This document shows positions 31,747 through 42,028 of a stretch of DNA of 64,000 nucleotides, piece by piece. Within the stretch, counting starts at the first letter, position 1, and every line of letters begins with the position of its first letter. The translations under genes were made by a program, and so were the position numbers. The notes under the pieces were generated by a model, which did no database searches, was not told where the DNA came from, and saw only the letters and a program-made list of their open reading frames with translations. Origin of the DNA: Myxococcota bacterium (lineage in GTDB: Bacteria > Myxococcota_A > UBA796 > GCA-2862545). The stretch spans positions 34,703-98,702 of the forward strand of contig JBCCQY010000008.1 of the NCBI GenBank assembly GCA_039208735.1. Reading direction: 5' to 3'.

Positions 31747-32721
31747 ATGGTCATGCTGCTGGTTACCTCGATGGGCTGCTCGACTGCCCCCTCTGCTTCT
31801 TCACCTGTGACTGCAACCTGGGAACGTACGGATGCCCTGTCGATCTCGGACGTGAAACTGGGAGAGGACGTAGGGCCCGATCAGACCACCCAATCGTCCT
31901 TCATGGTGACCGTCGAGCAGACCACCATTCCGCTTTCGTTGGACGTTCGCCACGGCCGGACCATGACCACGTCGACCAAGGACTTTCCTTCGCTCGTCCA
32001 GGTTCCCCGACGTCTCCAACTGACGGTAGAGCCCAGCGATGGATGGACGGTGAAGGCAAGCTTCGAAGACGCGATCGCGGTCGGCCTCCCCAAGTCAGGC
32101 CTTTCCTATGGCGAAGAGCCAGATCTCTGGCAGTCCGTCGCATTGCGCTTTCAAAAGCGGTCACGCGAGCATCTGCTTCTGCTCGAGGTTCGGAGCAACG
32201 GACAGGCCACGTTGATGAGCAACACGGTGACGACCCAACCCTTGGGAGACCCCGCAACTACCGTGCAGGATACCCTGACCATCTTGCCGCTCTCGCTGTA
32301 TGCGGGCGATCAGCTCATGATTCGAGTCAACGCAAGAGGGGCGGTCGAATCCAGCGTTTTGGGTGGAGAGCCCGAGGCGGTCGGCTGGGTCTACGAGGAG
32401 GGCATCCTCCTGACACGAACGGAACCCGGACGGGTGATGTCGCTCGATCCGGATGGCACCCTACGCCTGGCCAATGCCACGGAGAGTCGGCCATTGGGGA
32501 TGACCGTGTCGACAACCGGGGTCGTAACTCGCCAAAAGGCGACGTATGCGTTTGACGAAAAGGGAATTTGGACCGGCCCCGACACACCTAAACCTCCGAT
32601 CCGCGCCGAGGGATTGGCGCCTCAAACCCGTAGGCTGGGTGCATTCTTGGTCGCATCGATGATGTCGGGCTTGAAGTCCTCACAACCAGAAACGACTGAC
32701 GAGAATGCCACCGGTGGGTGA
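31747..32721 (+). CDS. Hypothetical lipoprotein
   Basis: RBS GGAGG; MVMLLVTSMGC lipobox. Confidence 0.55.
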   Translation: MVMLLVTSMGCSTAPSASSPVTATWERTDALSISDVKLGEDVGPDQTTQSSFMVTVEQTTIPLSLDVRHGRTMTTSTKDFPSLVQVPRRLQLTVEPSDGWTVKASFEDAIAVGLPKSGLSYGEEPDLWQSVALRFQKRSREHLLLLEVRSNGQATLMSNTVTTQPLGDPATTVQDTLTILPLSLYAGDQLMIRVNARGAVESSVLGGEPEAVGWVYEEGILLTRTEPGRVMSLDPDGTLRLANATESRPLGMTVSTTGVVTRQKATYAFDEKGIWTGPDTPKPPIRAEGLAPQTRRLGAFLVASMMSGLKSSQPETTDENATGG

Positions 32722-33528
32722 ATCTTGCTCCCCCACGGTCAGGATTCGCTCGGCGGCCTCATCGTAGATCAGGATCCGTGGAAGTTCGACGGGAACCCGT
32801 CCCCCTTCGCCAAACGTCGGATCCGCGCTTCCATCGGGGTTGAACCGCGCGACGTAAGCATCACCCGAGAAGGACCCGTCGAACACCCAGGAGACGGTGA
32901 CGAACCGACCCGTCGACGTGCGCACGAGTCCCAGTGCAAATCCGACTTCGGACTCGCGGAGGATGGGAGCCAGTCCGCCGGCACCAAATCCAGCATCGAC
33001 CTGGCCGTCTGGCCCAAAGCGTAGAATGCGGGGTAACTCTTCGAAAATAGTGGACCCTACGTTCGTCTCTACGAGGATGGCGCCTCCTCCGTTCTCGTCG
33101 AACACAGTGTCCGAGCCGATCGCGTCGTTGCCCCCAAACGGAGGAACGGGCACGGCCAATGTTCCTGCGGTCCCAAAGGTGGTATCGACGGCACCGTCCG
33201 GAAGGAGTCGTTGGGCGGTAAACGTCAAGCCATCCGAAAAGCCTGTGAGCAGCAAACGGCCTTGTGGATCGAGCGTGACTTCCGCCAGGGCCTCAAACGC
33301 GCTCACGGTCGCTGAAAAGGCCCCGTCGATACCGCCGTCGGGCAGCACCCCGCGAAGGGTGTCGAACTGCCACATGGCATAGCCTCCCGTGCGAGGCCCA
33401 ATCTCCGTCGGACAATCTGAAACGACTTGCACCCCCGCCGAACCAAAGGTGGGCGTCGGAGTTCCTTTGTCGGTGTAGGCCACCAGCGCACACCCCGAAG
33501 GCTTGAACGTGTCGGCAAAGGCCAACAC
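32680..33528 (-). CDS. Delta-60 repeat (beta-propeller) protein, probably N-terminally incomplete
   Basis: Repeats RLLPDGAVDTTFG, RFGPDGQVDAGFG, RFNPDGSADPTFG. Confidence 0.75.
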   Translation of the reverse strand: MLAFADTFKPSGCALVAYTDKGTPTPTFGSAGVQVVSDCPTEIGPRTGGYAMWQFDTLRGVLPDGGIDGAFSATVSAFEALAEVTLDPQGRLLLTGFSDGLTFTAQRLLPDGAVDTTFGTAGTLAVPVPPFGGNDAIGSDTVFDENGGGAILVETNVGSTIFEELPRILRFGPDGQVDAGFGAGGLAPILRESEVGFALGLVRTSTGRFVTVSWVFDGSFSGDAYVARFNPDGSADPTFGEGGRVPVELPRILIYDEAAERILTVGEQDSPTGGILVSRFWL

Positions 33529-33679
33529 GATGACGCCATCGTCGTCTCTGACGTGCCGTCGGGTTGGCTACCGTGACGGCCACGGTTGGAGTGGGGTCTT
33601 CGGTTCCCGAATCAAGGGCTGAATGTTCGAGGCGAGGAACCGGTCGTGATGCAGCATGCGATTTCTACGTTTGATGGAG

Positions 33680-34291
33680 CTACGCCTCGTCGGCGGCAAG
33701 GAACACATCAGACAATTCCGTTGGGCGAGTTTGTGGGGTACACATGTTGTTGTCGGCGGGACGGGCTCCAAAGCGCAACCCATCGCTGTCGAGCCGCACC
33801 ACGTCGTAGTCCGTGTCGCATTCCTGGATCGGATATTGGCCGAGCCCCGGGCAACCCGGTGCGAGGTTGCTCTCCTGTGTCACCCCAAAGTCATCCCGAT
33901 TGCACCCTTCCGCCGAAGCCAGGAAGTCGACGGCTGCCTCTGTGTAGGGTGTGACCCCCTTCGTCGAGAAACGAAACGTGCCCTCCCGAGCCCCCTCTAC
34001 AATGGAGGACGCCGGACCAAGCTCATAGGGGCCCGCGATATGCACGGTTAGAAATGGGGCACCGCAGGTCGAATCTACGTGCACAGCGTAGTCCAATTGC
34101 CAGTCTTTTGCGTCTAGGTCAAAGTCCAACGTGATGCCTTGACCATTGCCAGGGTCGACGCAGCCACTCCGCCAGACTCCCACTAGATCTTCCGCCTCGA
34201 AGCTCGTCGGACGTGATTCGACGGCAGGGAGAGGGGTGGTCTTGGCACAACCCACGAGGAACAACGGCAGGACCACATTTCGTAGAAACAT
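33680..34291 (-). CDS. Lipoprotein with APCDD1-like beta-barrel domain
   Basis: LFLVGC lipobox; LVGVWRSGC..DSTCGAP..GPYELGPAS..EG..VTP..GC.GLG..LRFGARPAD..RPT matches the APCDD1 repeat pattern as I recall it. Confidence 0.7.
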   Translation of the reverse strand: MFLRNVVLPLFLVGCAKTTPLPAVESRPTSFEAEDLVGVWRSGCVDPGNGQGITLDFDLDAKDWQLDYAVHVDSTCGAPFLTVHIAGPYELGPASSIVEGAREGTFRFSTKGVTPYTEAAVDFLASAEGCNRDDFGVTQESNLAPGCPGLGQYPIQECDTDYDVVRLDSDGLRFGARPADNNMCTPQTRPTELSDVFLAADEA

Positions 34292-34340
34292 CAGGTTCTT
34301 CCTTTCTGTGTAGATGCCCTGAAGGTAATGACCGGCCTCG

Positions 34341-34399
34341 TGCATTTAAATGCGATTTTGCGCTGCATATTACTGCGAATTCGCAGCTATAATGACTCG
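34341..34399. promoter_or_regulatory. LysR divergent control region
   Basis: Palindromes GCATTTAAATGC and CTGCGAATTCGCAG (34373-34386); TATAAT at 34388-34393, 6 nt before the ATG, suggesting a leaderless mRNA. Confidence 0.6.
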
Positions 34400-35284
34400 A
34401 TGCTGGATTGGAATGACCTCCGCACTCTAGGAGAAGTGAGTCGCCACGGGACTTTGGTGGGGGCGGCGGGTAGTTTGGGCCTGCACCCGACCACGGTGGG
34501 GCGACGGCTCACCGCGCTCGAACAGGCCGTAGGTCAGCGACTCGTGGTGCGTGAGGGGCGGCGTGGGGTTTCGCTGACGTCGGCAGGGCGGGAGCTGGTC
34601 ACGTCGGTGTTGCCGTTGCTCGACACGTTGGATGGCATCGCTCATCGGGCTTTGGGGGCGGGCGGGGCTCCGGTTCGGGTGGCCGCGACACCTCACAGCG
34701 GTCGCCTACTGGCGTCTCGCATGGATCTGGCGGGCCTCCATACCGAACGCATCCCAGTGGAGTTGGTGACCAGCAACCGCCCGGTCGACCTGACTCGTGG
34801 GGAGGCCGAGCTGGCCGTGCGGTTGACCGACGTGGACCAGCCCACCTTGGTGCGTCGTCGTTTGGGCGTCGTGCGATACGGTCTTTTCGCGGCAGATGCC
34901 TATCTCGTGCAGCACCCCCTAGCAGACTCCGGGCTGCGGGAATCCGGGCTGGCAGGTCACCGCGTGTTGCTTCCAAGTCTGCGACTGGCCACGGGACCAG
35001 AGGCGCGATGGCTTGCGCTGAACGCATTTGCCGCGAACGTTTCTTTGCGGGCCTCCGACCATTTGGTCCTCGCCGAAGCAGCCGCGAGAGGGGAAGGGCT
35101 AGCTGTGCTGTCCACCAGTTTGGCAGATTTCTTCCCTCTACGGTGCCTAAAGACGTTGGACGAAATGCCTCGCCGTGTGGTGTGGCTGGTCTACCACCAA
35201 GATCTTCGCCGAGATGCACGAGTGCAGCGCGTGGCGCTTGAGGTGGCCCGGGTGATGCAGACCACGTTGACCATCGAAGCGTGA
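34400..35284 (+). CDS. LysR family regulator
   Basis: MLDWNDLR..GTL.GAA..LGL..TTVGRRL..LE; DLTRGEAELAVR. Confidence 0.9.
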   Translation: MLDWNDLRTLGEVSRHGTLVGAAGSLGLHPTTVGRRLTALEQAVGQRLVVREGRRGVSLTSAGRELVTSVLPLLDTLDGIAHRALGAGGAPVRVAATPHSGRLLASRMDLAGLHTERIPVELVTSNRPVDLTRGEAELAVRLTDVDQPTLVRRRLGVVRYGLFAADAYLVQHPLADSGLRESGLAGHRVLLPSLRLATGPEARWLALNAFAANVSLRASDHLVLAEAAARGEGLAVLSTSLADFFPLRCLKTLDEMPRRVVWLVYHQDLRRDARVQRVALEVARVMQTTLTIEA

Positions 35285-35286
35285 TG

Positions 35287-35949
35287 TCAGGGACACGTCG
35301 CAGCGTGGTCGATGGGCACCACGATGAGGTGCTCGTCTTCGGTCAAGACCCACCCCTGCTCGGGACCGACGTCACCCCGAAGAAGCAGAACCCTCTGGTT
35401 ATCAGCGGCAATACCGCCGGGTTCCGCCGGCATCCATGTGCCTTCGAAACGAGCCACCGTCTGCTGCAGTTCGGCGGAAAACGGAGTCCGCGAAACGAGG
35501 AGAAGCAGGTACTCCGTGCCCGCCGGCCCGGCGACGTACAACGCGGCCTCTCGAGCCGGGACCCGCAACGGTCGCTTGGCCGAGAGCTTCCCTACCACCT
35601 GACCCGGCGGCGGATACTGCCTGCGCCAACGCCCCGACGTGCCATGGCTCATGATGGTCACGAGGCCATCGAAGGACGATTCCACTTCAAAGGCCAGCCG
35701 ATCACCATTGCAAACCGAGGTGGAAAGAGGCACGCTCGTGAATGCGGCATCTGCCCCGGCCCGCAGCAGCCGGATGCGAACGCCAATCGCCTGGCCCTGC
35801 GGACGCGACCCCGTGGGGCGATGGTCTTGGCAGGACATCCCACTCGGTGCCGACGCGACGAACTTCGCGCAGGGGTCGGGACCAAGGGCTTGAGGCTCGG
35901 AGGCCGGCTGGGCCCAACCCAGGGTCGTGACGAACAAACTTCCCAACAT
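35287..35949 (-). CDS. DUF4384-domain exported protein
   Basis: GDRLAFEVESSFDGLVTI..G.W...YP..RVP..GTEYLLLLVSRTP; N-terminal signal-like segment. Confidence 0.7.
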   Translation of the reverse strand: MLGSLFVTTLGWAQPASEPQALGPDPCAKFVASAPSGMSCQDHRPTGSRPQGQAIGVRIRLLRAGADAAFTSVPLSTSVCNGDRLAFEVESSFDGLVTIMSHGTSGRWRRQYPPPGQVVGKLSAKRPLRVPAREAALYVAGPAGTEYLLLLVSRTPFSAELQQTVARFEGTWMPAEPGGIAADNQRVLLLRGDVGPEQGWVLTEDEHLIVVPIDHAATCP

Positions 35950-35988
35950 CGCTAGATCCCCCTGAAGCGTTGCCACAACCTACGGCAT

Positions 35989-38790
35989 CTAGATGGTCCC
36001 ACCACGAACCGGGAACTGAATCTCGATTCGCGTTCCCGTCCCAAGCACGGTCTGGATCGTAAGCGTCGCACCGATTCGTGCTGCGCGCGCCGCCATGCTG
36101 GGTAGACCAAGCCCATCCGTGTCCTGCGTGTGGGTCTGGTCAAATCCCACCCCATCGTCGGTGACGGACAGGGCGACACGTCGATTGTTCACTTGCACAC
36201 TCAGCACGACGGTCGTCGCTTGAGCGTGGCGTGCCGCATTGTAGATGGCCTCAATCGCGATCCGTTGAACCTCACGCCGTGCGAGCGCAGTCAATCGGTA
36301 GTGCGGCAACGGACGCACAAACCGAGTCCGAAATCGCGTCCTGGACCCTGCGAAAACGGCCTCACCACGCTCCACCAAAACGCGCACCAACGCAGGGAGG
36401 TTCTGTGCACCGGGCCGGAGCACAGCGATGACATCCGATACGGCAAAGCCAAGTTCCTTAGCCAGGTCTGCAATGGTCTCTGAGCCGTCCTCCTTCATAC
36501 CCGAGGCGATCAGTCCGATGCTCCCAAGTCCCGAACCCAGTTCATCATGAAGATCGCGGGCAATGGCCTGGCGTTGTTCCAAGAGCCGTGAGAGATGACG
36601 GGATCGGATCCAGCCCGTCAACAGGGCCACCGAGAACCCGAGGACCATCCAAATGCCGATCATGAAAGGACGCCGATACCACGGGGCCAAAACCACAAAC
36701 CGAACGGGTTCGTTCAAAGCACCCCATTCGATCCCGTCCACGGATGCGCCCACGGTAACCGCGTAGCGACCAGGGCGAAGGTCACGAAGCCGCACGATGG
36801 GACCCGTCGCAACCTGCCAGGGTGCCTCAGGGCGCAGCTTAAGGCGGTAGCGGAGCTGGTCACGCCCTCGGTAGGTTGGGGTAGCAACCGCAATTTCGAC
36901 GTTGGCTTGCGAGTAGGACAGCCACTCTCCATTGGCCGCAGCTCGTCCCTCTGCGGTGACCACCCGCTCGAGGTAGACCCGAGGTCGGATCGCGGGTTGA
37001 TCGCGAACGTGGACCGGAATCCGCGTGACGCCAAGCAAGCTGACCAGCCACAAGTCCCCATTTCGGGTTTCATGGATACTGCGCGCGCCGCCCCTGAACC
37101 CTCCTTGCCGCGTTCCGATTTGCTCTGCGACAACGAGATGCCCGGTGTCATCAGGGGCGAAACGCACTGCACAACCAGCCATACCAGCCCAAACACCCCC
37201 GCGGGGGGAGGCTTGCATCGACTGTGCAGTGTGGCATCCAGGCAGTTCATCCAGGCTTGATCGCCACTCTCCACCGGAAGTGCGCCACCACACGCCCTCG
37301 CCAACCGTGGCGGCGACCAGGGTGCCGCCGGGCAAGACGGCGAGGTCGACGGGATCTGCGACGAAGGGAGGAGCTTCACAATGCCACGATGCGGGCCCTT
37401 GGGGCTTCGTGCAGAGCACTCCCGTGGATGCGGCCCACTGGGTTCCGTCGGGGCCTTCCGCAATGACGGGAGCCAATCCCACCGCCTTGGGCAACGGTCG
37501 CGGCGCCGCTGAACCGGACTGGGACGACCGAAAGAGCTGGCCATCTGCACTCCACAGCATGGAGCCATCCGGAGCTTTCGAACACGCCCCGTACGCGTTG
37601 CGAACCGGAACGATCGGTTGTTTACCGGATTCGGTAAGGGTCACCACGGCGTGACGCGCCCCCTGGACGTACGCCCAAGCCGTGCCCGTGCCATCCGCAC
37701 AGGGCGCATGCACGCTGGGGATGTGGAGGTCGGTGACCTCGTAGCCTTTGTCTAGAGGCACAATTCGACTCAATCCGTACCAAGTCGAAACCACGATTCC
37801 GTAGCGGTCGCCGATCACGAAGCGGGGATGCAAGGGCAGCCCATCGACCACCCCGACGTGCTGGACGGATGGGTGCGGAAGGTAGTGCAGGCCGTCGAAC
37901 GCCGTCTGCCAAATGCCCCCATCATCATCGACCAGCGTGTCGGTGCAGAGGTTCTCTCCTCCCTCTCCCATTCGTCCAAGCACTTGGAGCTTGCCATCTG
38001 GGCTTACCAGCAGGGTCTCCGTTCCACAGACGACGATACGACCGTCGGAGGCGATATCTAGGCCACGCACGAGGTCTTGAACCCGTTCGATGCGTCGTGG
38101 AGGCTCCTCATCGCTCACCCGGAAGAGTGAGGGGAACAGGGTCCACTCGCCAACGTCGATTTGCCCAATCGTGCTGGCCCAGACTGCGCCATCGGTGGTC
38201 CGACGGGTGTAGTACGACGGAGACTCGAGGGTGGCGACCCGTCGCGTCGAGCCCTCAAGGGCGACATTCCAGACCTTCGATCCCGCGCTGACCAACGCCT
38301 GAGACGCCTCATCCGCAGAAACCAAGCGCGGTACATCCCCCTCAAAGTCGGTGTGGTCCCACCGTCGTTCGGCATTGTGCGAACGTGCAACGAGTGCGCC
38401 TTCTGCGATCCACCACACCGTCCCCTCCGGCCCCACCGCCGCAGAGCGAACGTCTGTGACGGGTTCGCCGTCTGTGTCGAGGACCGCGCGGGGACGCCGG
38501 TCGGGCAGCGGCAACTCGTAGAGCGTGCCGCGCCGATGATGGATCGCAAGGACTTGCCCCCGTCCTCCGCACACCGGCGTTGCACCACCGCCCAACTGGG
38601 TCGGCGACCACTCGATGAAAGTGGCCCCGTCGAACCGTTCCAGTCCGACAAAGGACCCCACCCAAAGGAATCCAAGTTCATCTTGGCAAATCGACTCGGT
38701 GTGGGACTGTCGAAGTCCGTGGGCTTCAGTGAAGTGTACGGAAGGCCAACTGGCCTCCGCCATCGTCCATCCGAGCATGACGAGATTCAA
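35989..38790 (-). CDS. Sensor histidine kinase with periplasmic beta-propeller/Y_Y_Y region (HisKA_3 type)
   Basis: QDELGFLWVG repeats, YRLKL..L.PGRY, PWY + TM, IARDLHDELG, EAIYNAARHA, DDGVGF, GLGL; TTGA overlap with the RR stop. Confidence 0.9.
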   Translation of the reverse strand: MNLVMLGWTMAEASWPSVHFTEAHGLRQSHTESICQDELGFLWVGSFVGLERFDGATFIEWSPTQLGGGATPVCGGRGQVLAIHHRRGTLYELPLPDRRPRAVLDTDGEPVTDVRSAAVGPEGTVWWIAEGALVARSHNAERRWDHTDFEGDVPRLVSADEASQALVSAGSKVWNVALEGSTRRVATLESPSYYTRRTTDGAVWASTIGQIDVGEWTLFPSLFRVSDEEPPRRIERVQDLVRGLDIASDGRIVVCGTETLLVSPDGKLQVLGRMGEGGENLCTDTLVDDDGGIWQTAFDGLHYLPHPSVQHVGVVDGLPLHPRFVIGDRYGIVVSTWYGLSRIVPLDKGYEVTDLHIPSVHAPCADGTGTAWAYVQGARHAVVTLTESGKQPIVPVRNAYGACSKAPDGSMLWSADGQLFRSSQSGSAAPRPLPKAVGLAPVIAEGPDGTQWAASTGVLCTKPQGPASWHCEAPPFVADPVDLAVLPGGTLVAATVGEGVWWRTSGGEWRSSLDELPGCHTAQSMQASPRGGVWAGMAGCAVRFAPDDTGHLVVAEQIGTRQGGFRGGARSIHETRNGDLWLVSLLGVTRIPVHVRDQPAIRPRVYLERVVTAEGRAAANGEWLSYSQANVEIAVATPTYRGRDQLRYRLKLRPEAPWQVATGPIVRLRDLRPGRYAVTVGASVDGIEWGALNEPVRFVVLAPWYRRPFMIGIWMVLGFSVALLTGWIRSRHLSRLLEQRQAIARDLHDELGSGLGSIGLIASGMKEDGSETIADLAKELGFAVSDVIAVLRPGAQNLPALVRVLVERGEAVFAGSRTRFRTRFVRPLPHYRLTALARREVQRIAIEAIYNAARHAQATTVVLSVQVNNRRVALSVTDDGVGFDQTHTQDTDGLGLPSMAARAARIGATLTIQTVLGTGTRIEIQFPVRGGTI

Positions 38791-39452
38791 GTCAGTCCCT
38801 CCCGAATGGCGCGGGCCACCGCTTCTGTCGCTGAGTTCACTTGAAGCTTCCGATACACCTTTCGCAAATGCGTCCGTACGGTATGGATGGAAATACCAAG
38901 TTGCTCGCCAATTTCGAGATACGTTCGCCCTTCGACGAGGCACCTAAGGATGTCGCGTTCGCGTTCGGTGAGGCGAACCTCGGGGTCCAAGGGGCGCCCC
39001 ACTGCACTTTGCCGCTTCACGATGTCCAAGACGAGCTTTGCGACCTCGCCCGTGAGGACCGCCCCCCCACGTGAAAGGGTTCGCAGCTGACGAAGTAGAT
39101 CGGGGGCAGAAGAGCGCTTCAACGCATAGCCATGTGCGCCCGCACAAATCGCCTCGACAATCCGGCCTGGATCTTCGAAGACCGTGAGCATGACCACGTC
39201 GATAGGCCAGCGGGCGGTCAATTGCCTCGTCACCTCGATACCATTCAATCCTGGCAAATCGATGTCCATGAGCACCAGCTCGAAAGGGGGGGACGCCAAT
39301 GGACGGTCGATCGACCGCAGGAGCGCTTCTCCTGACCCAAAGTCGGCCACAACCCGAAAGCCCGGTTCACGACTGAGCGTCTGTCGCAGTGCGGTGCGGT
39401 ACCGCCGGTCATCTTCGACCAATGCGACCCGCCGCTCCTGCGGTTTCGTCAT
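38787..39452 (-). CDS. NarL/LuxR family response regulator
   Basis: LVEDD, LMDIDLPG, GYALK, LTERERDIL..TVRTHLRKVYRKLQV. Confidence 0.95.
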   Translation of the reverse strand: MTKPQERRVALVEDDRRYRTALRQTLSREPGFRVVADFGSGEALLRSIDRPLASPPFELVLMDIDLPGLNGIEVTRQLTARWPIDVVMLTVFEDPGRIVEAICAGAHGYALKRSSAPDLLRQLRTLSRGGAVLTGEVAKLVLDIVKRQSAVGRPLDPEVRLTERERDILRCLVEGRTYLEIGEQLGISIHTVRTHLRKVYRKLQVNSATEAVARAIREGLT

Positions 39453-39608
39453 CGAGCCTCCGCCCACAGTCTATCCCTTCCATGACCAAGACCCTCCCGC
39501 AACTCCTCGTCCACCGCCATCGCCTCATCATGCGATGGGTATGCTGTGCGTCCACCGCTACCTTCGATGCGTTGTCCGGAGCCGGACACGCCGCAAAGGA
39601 GGTGGACA

Positions 39609-42017
39609 GTGGGTGCACGTTGGCGCCAAGTGCTGTGGGGAGCGCTCGTCGCGTTGCCGTTGGCGACGTGGGGATGCAAGCGGGGCGAACCCGTCCCCAT
39701 TCCCGGCGAGCCCACGGCCGACACGGGCTCTTCTGAGCCGGAAGGCACGGTGACGCCGTGTGAGGGAGCGTTTTCCCCACAGCCACTGCTCCCCTACGAG
39801 GTGGTCACGAGCCCGGACTGGGGCTTTGGCAGCGGACCCGATGCCACGTCTGAGGTCATCTTCTACAGCCGGGCCACGGGCAGCGGTCACCTCGTTGACG
39901 GCGATGGACAAGGCGGCTTTGGACCCATCTTCGAGCACGAGAATTGGTTTCGTGAGTGGGATGGCTTCGTTTCCGGTCAATTCGGCGGAGACCGCTACGC
40001 AGATCTGGTCTTTTTCGACTTTTCGAGAGGGGTAGGCGATGTGATGACCAGCGATGGCGCTGGACAGCTGACGCTATTGCGTAGCCACACCAATTGGTTT
40101 GATGGCTGGGATCTGCTCCTTCCGGGGACGTTCAACGACGACGAGTGGACCGATCTGTTCTTCGTCGACACGGATGGCGGGTCGGCGGGCATCTACCTTA
40201 CCGACGGATCAGGCAACCTGACCGAGCATCGTTTCTACGACAATTGGACGCCATGGCCGTTCGTGGTTGCGGGCGACTTCGGAGGAAATGACGACATCAC
40301 AGACTTCTTTGTGATGGATACCGCATCCGGGGTGGCCCAGTTCCTCCTCACCGACGATGCAGGCGAATTCACGTTGGCGGGGCCTACCATCACGGGCTTC
40401 TGGAGCGAATGGGACACCGTGGTGACGGGAGACTTTGATGGGACGGGTCAGGACGACCTGCTCTTCGTCGACTTCGACAGCGGTACTGCGGCGATCTCCA
40501 CGACCGATGGTGCAGGCGGGTTTACTGAAATCCAGCGGTACACCAACTGGAGCACGGCATGGACCCAGGTCGTGGTCGGTGACTTCGCAGGTTCCTCACT
40601 CGATGATCTGCTGCTTTACGCCAGAGACATGGGCACCGGATCCGTTCAGGAGTCGATTGGCGGTGGGCAGATTGTCCAGCGCTCCCTGTTTGAAGACTGG
40701 CGTACCGACTGGGATTGGATGGTCACGTCGCCCCGACGAGAGGAGGTCTCGCCTGTATCGTTGTTGCAGCCCGATGAAATCGCAGGTCGCATGGGGCATG
40801 GGGCGGACAACCCTGGCACGCCAAGCCTGCTCGTTCTGCTGTTCGAGCCAGGGGGCCTCGAGTTCCAAGAAGGCCACGACTTGGCGTTCTACCGTCGACA
40901 GCTCGAAGGACCTGGGCGCAACCTGACCGACTTCTTCGGCGAAACCTCAGGTGAGGCCTTCGAGTTCTCGAGTGTCGAGGTCCAAGGCCCCTATGCGATG
41001 CCATCCATCGCGTCGTTTAGCACCGTCGAAGAGGCGAGGGCCGCCATGATCGAGATCGCCCAGTCCAACGGCATCGATTTCGCCGCCTTCGACGACGTGA
41101 CCCAAGGCGGCAATGGCGATGGCCAAGTCACGAACCGTGACGTGGTCGTGTACGGCATCCTCTCCACCCCTCGGACCCCGGCGGATGCCCCTCCCGACGT
41201 GTTCGCCATCGTCCGCAACACAGATCCGACCTGCCTTACGTCGGGACCGCTTCCGGTGTGCTTGCGCATGCCAACCGCGGGAGAGAGTCAGTCCCTGGCC
41301 ACGTTCGCCCACGAAACGGTGCACGCCTTGGGCCTCCAAGCGGCCGATCTCTACGCCGACGGCATCCCCACGGACCAGTTGACGCTAATGGGGAGCACAA
41401 TATCCTTCGAGCCTGACGTTTTGGATACCACGACTCACCTCGACCCTTGGAATCGGATGCGATTCGGGTGGACCAACCCCCGCGTCTTCCGAATCGACGG
41501 TCCTGGGTCATGCGAAACGTTGGCGAACTGGGCGGACTGTGGGACCCGCGGCATGGGGGAACGGCGACCGGTCGTCCTTTACGACGCGGCTCGAGGACTG
41601 GATGAATTCTTCATGCTCGAGTATCGGGACGTCGATCCTCCGGAAGGTGCGCACTACGACCTGCTGCGCGCGCCGTGGGCCCCTGGAGGCCTCGTGGTTT
41701 GGCACATTCGGACGCAAGGCGATGGTGGCTACCTCTCGGAGGAGGTCCTGCCCATTCCAGGCGGCACGACCACCGCACGTGTCAATCAGGTGGTGGACCC
41801 GGACGGCGGATTTGGGGCTGACGAGCTGTTTTCGGATCCCTCCCGGGCGTATCGGCTCGCTTGGCTGGACGGAACCGACACCGGGATTACGCTCCGCGTG
41901 GGGTCGGGCGACGGCAGCTTGCTTGATGTGAGCTGGGTCCGAGATGGCACATCCCTCGTGTCCGACATGCTCGAGCCGAGCGCGCAACGAAGCTGCCTGG
42001 AACAGTTCACCCCTTAG
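39609..42017 (+). CDS. Lipoprotein with FG-GAP/VCBS-like repeats and M6 (immune inhibitor A)-like metallopeptidase domain
   Basis: RBS AAGGAGG, LATWGC lipobox; ~49-aa W..GDF.G...DL.F repeats; AHETVHALG, DLY, LMG, HLDPWNR..GW, EFFMLEYR, GLVVWHI. Confidence 0.8.
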   Translation: MGARWRQVLWGALVALPLATWGCKRGEPVPIPGEPTADTGSSEPEGTVTPCEGAFSPQPLLPYEVVTSPDWGFGSGPDATSEVIFYSRATGSGHLVDGDGQGGFGPIFEHENWFREWDGFVSGQFGGDRYADLVFFDFSRGVGDVMTSDGAGQLTLLRSHTNWFDGWDLLLPGTFNDDEWTDLFFVDTDGGSAGIYLTDGSGNLTEHRFYDNWTPWPFVVAGDFGGNDDITDFFVMDTASGVAQFLLTDDAGEFTLAGPTITGFWSEWDTVVTGDFDGTGQDDLLFVDFDSGTAAISTTDGAGGFTEIQRYTNWSTAWTQVVVGDFAGSSLDDLLLYARDMGTGSVQESIGGGQIVQRSLFEDWRTDWDWMVTSPRREEVSPVSLLQPDEIAGRMGHGADNPGTPSLLVLLFEPGGLEFQEGHDLAFYRRQLEGPGRNLTDFFGETSGEAFEFSSVEVQGPYAMPSIASFSTVEEARAAMIEIAQSNGIDFAAFDDVTQGGNGDGQVTNRDVVVYGILSTPRTPADAPPDVFAIVRNTDPTCLTSGPLPVCLRMPTAGESQSLATFAHETVHALGLQAADLYADGIPTDQLTLMGSTISFEPDVLDTTTHLDPWNRMRFGWTNPRVFRIDGPGSCETLANWADCGTRGMGERRPVVLYDAARGLDEFFMLEYRDVDPPEGAHYDLLRAPWAPGGLVVWHIRTQGDGGYLSEEVLPIPGGTTTARVNQVVDPDGGFGADELFSDPSRAYRLAWLDGTDTGITLRVGSGDGSLLDVSWVRDGTSLVSDMLEPSAQRSCLEQFTP

Positions 42018-42028
42018 GCCGGGCGATA

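Noticed and set aside
39850..40720. ~147-bp periodic repeats
   Set aside because: These are coding FG-GAP-like propeller blades within one ORF
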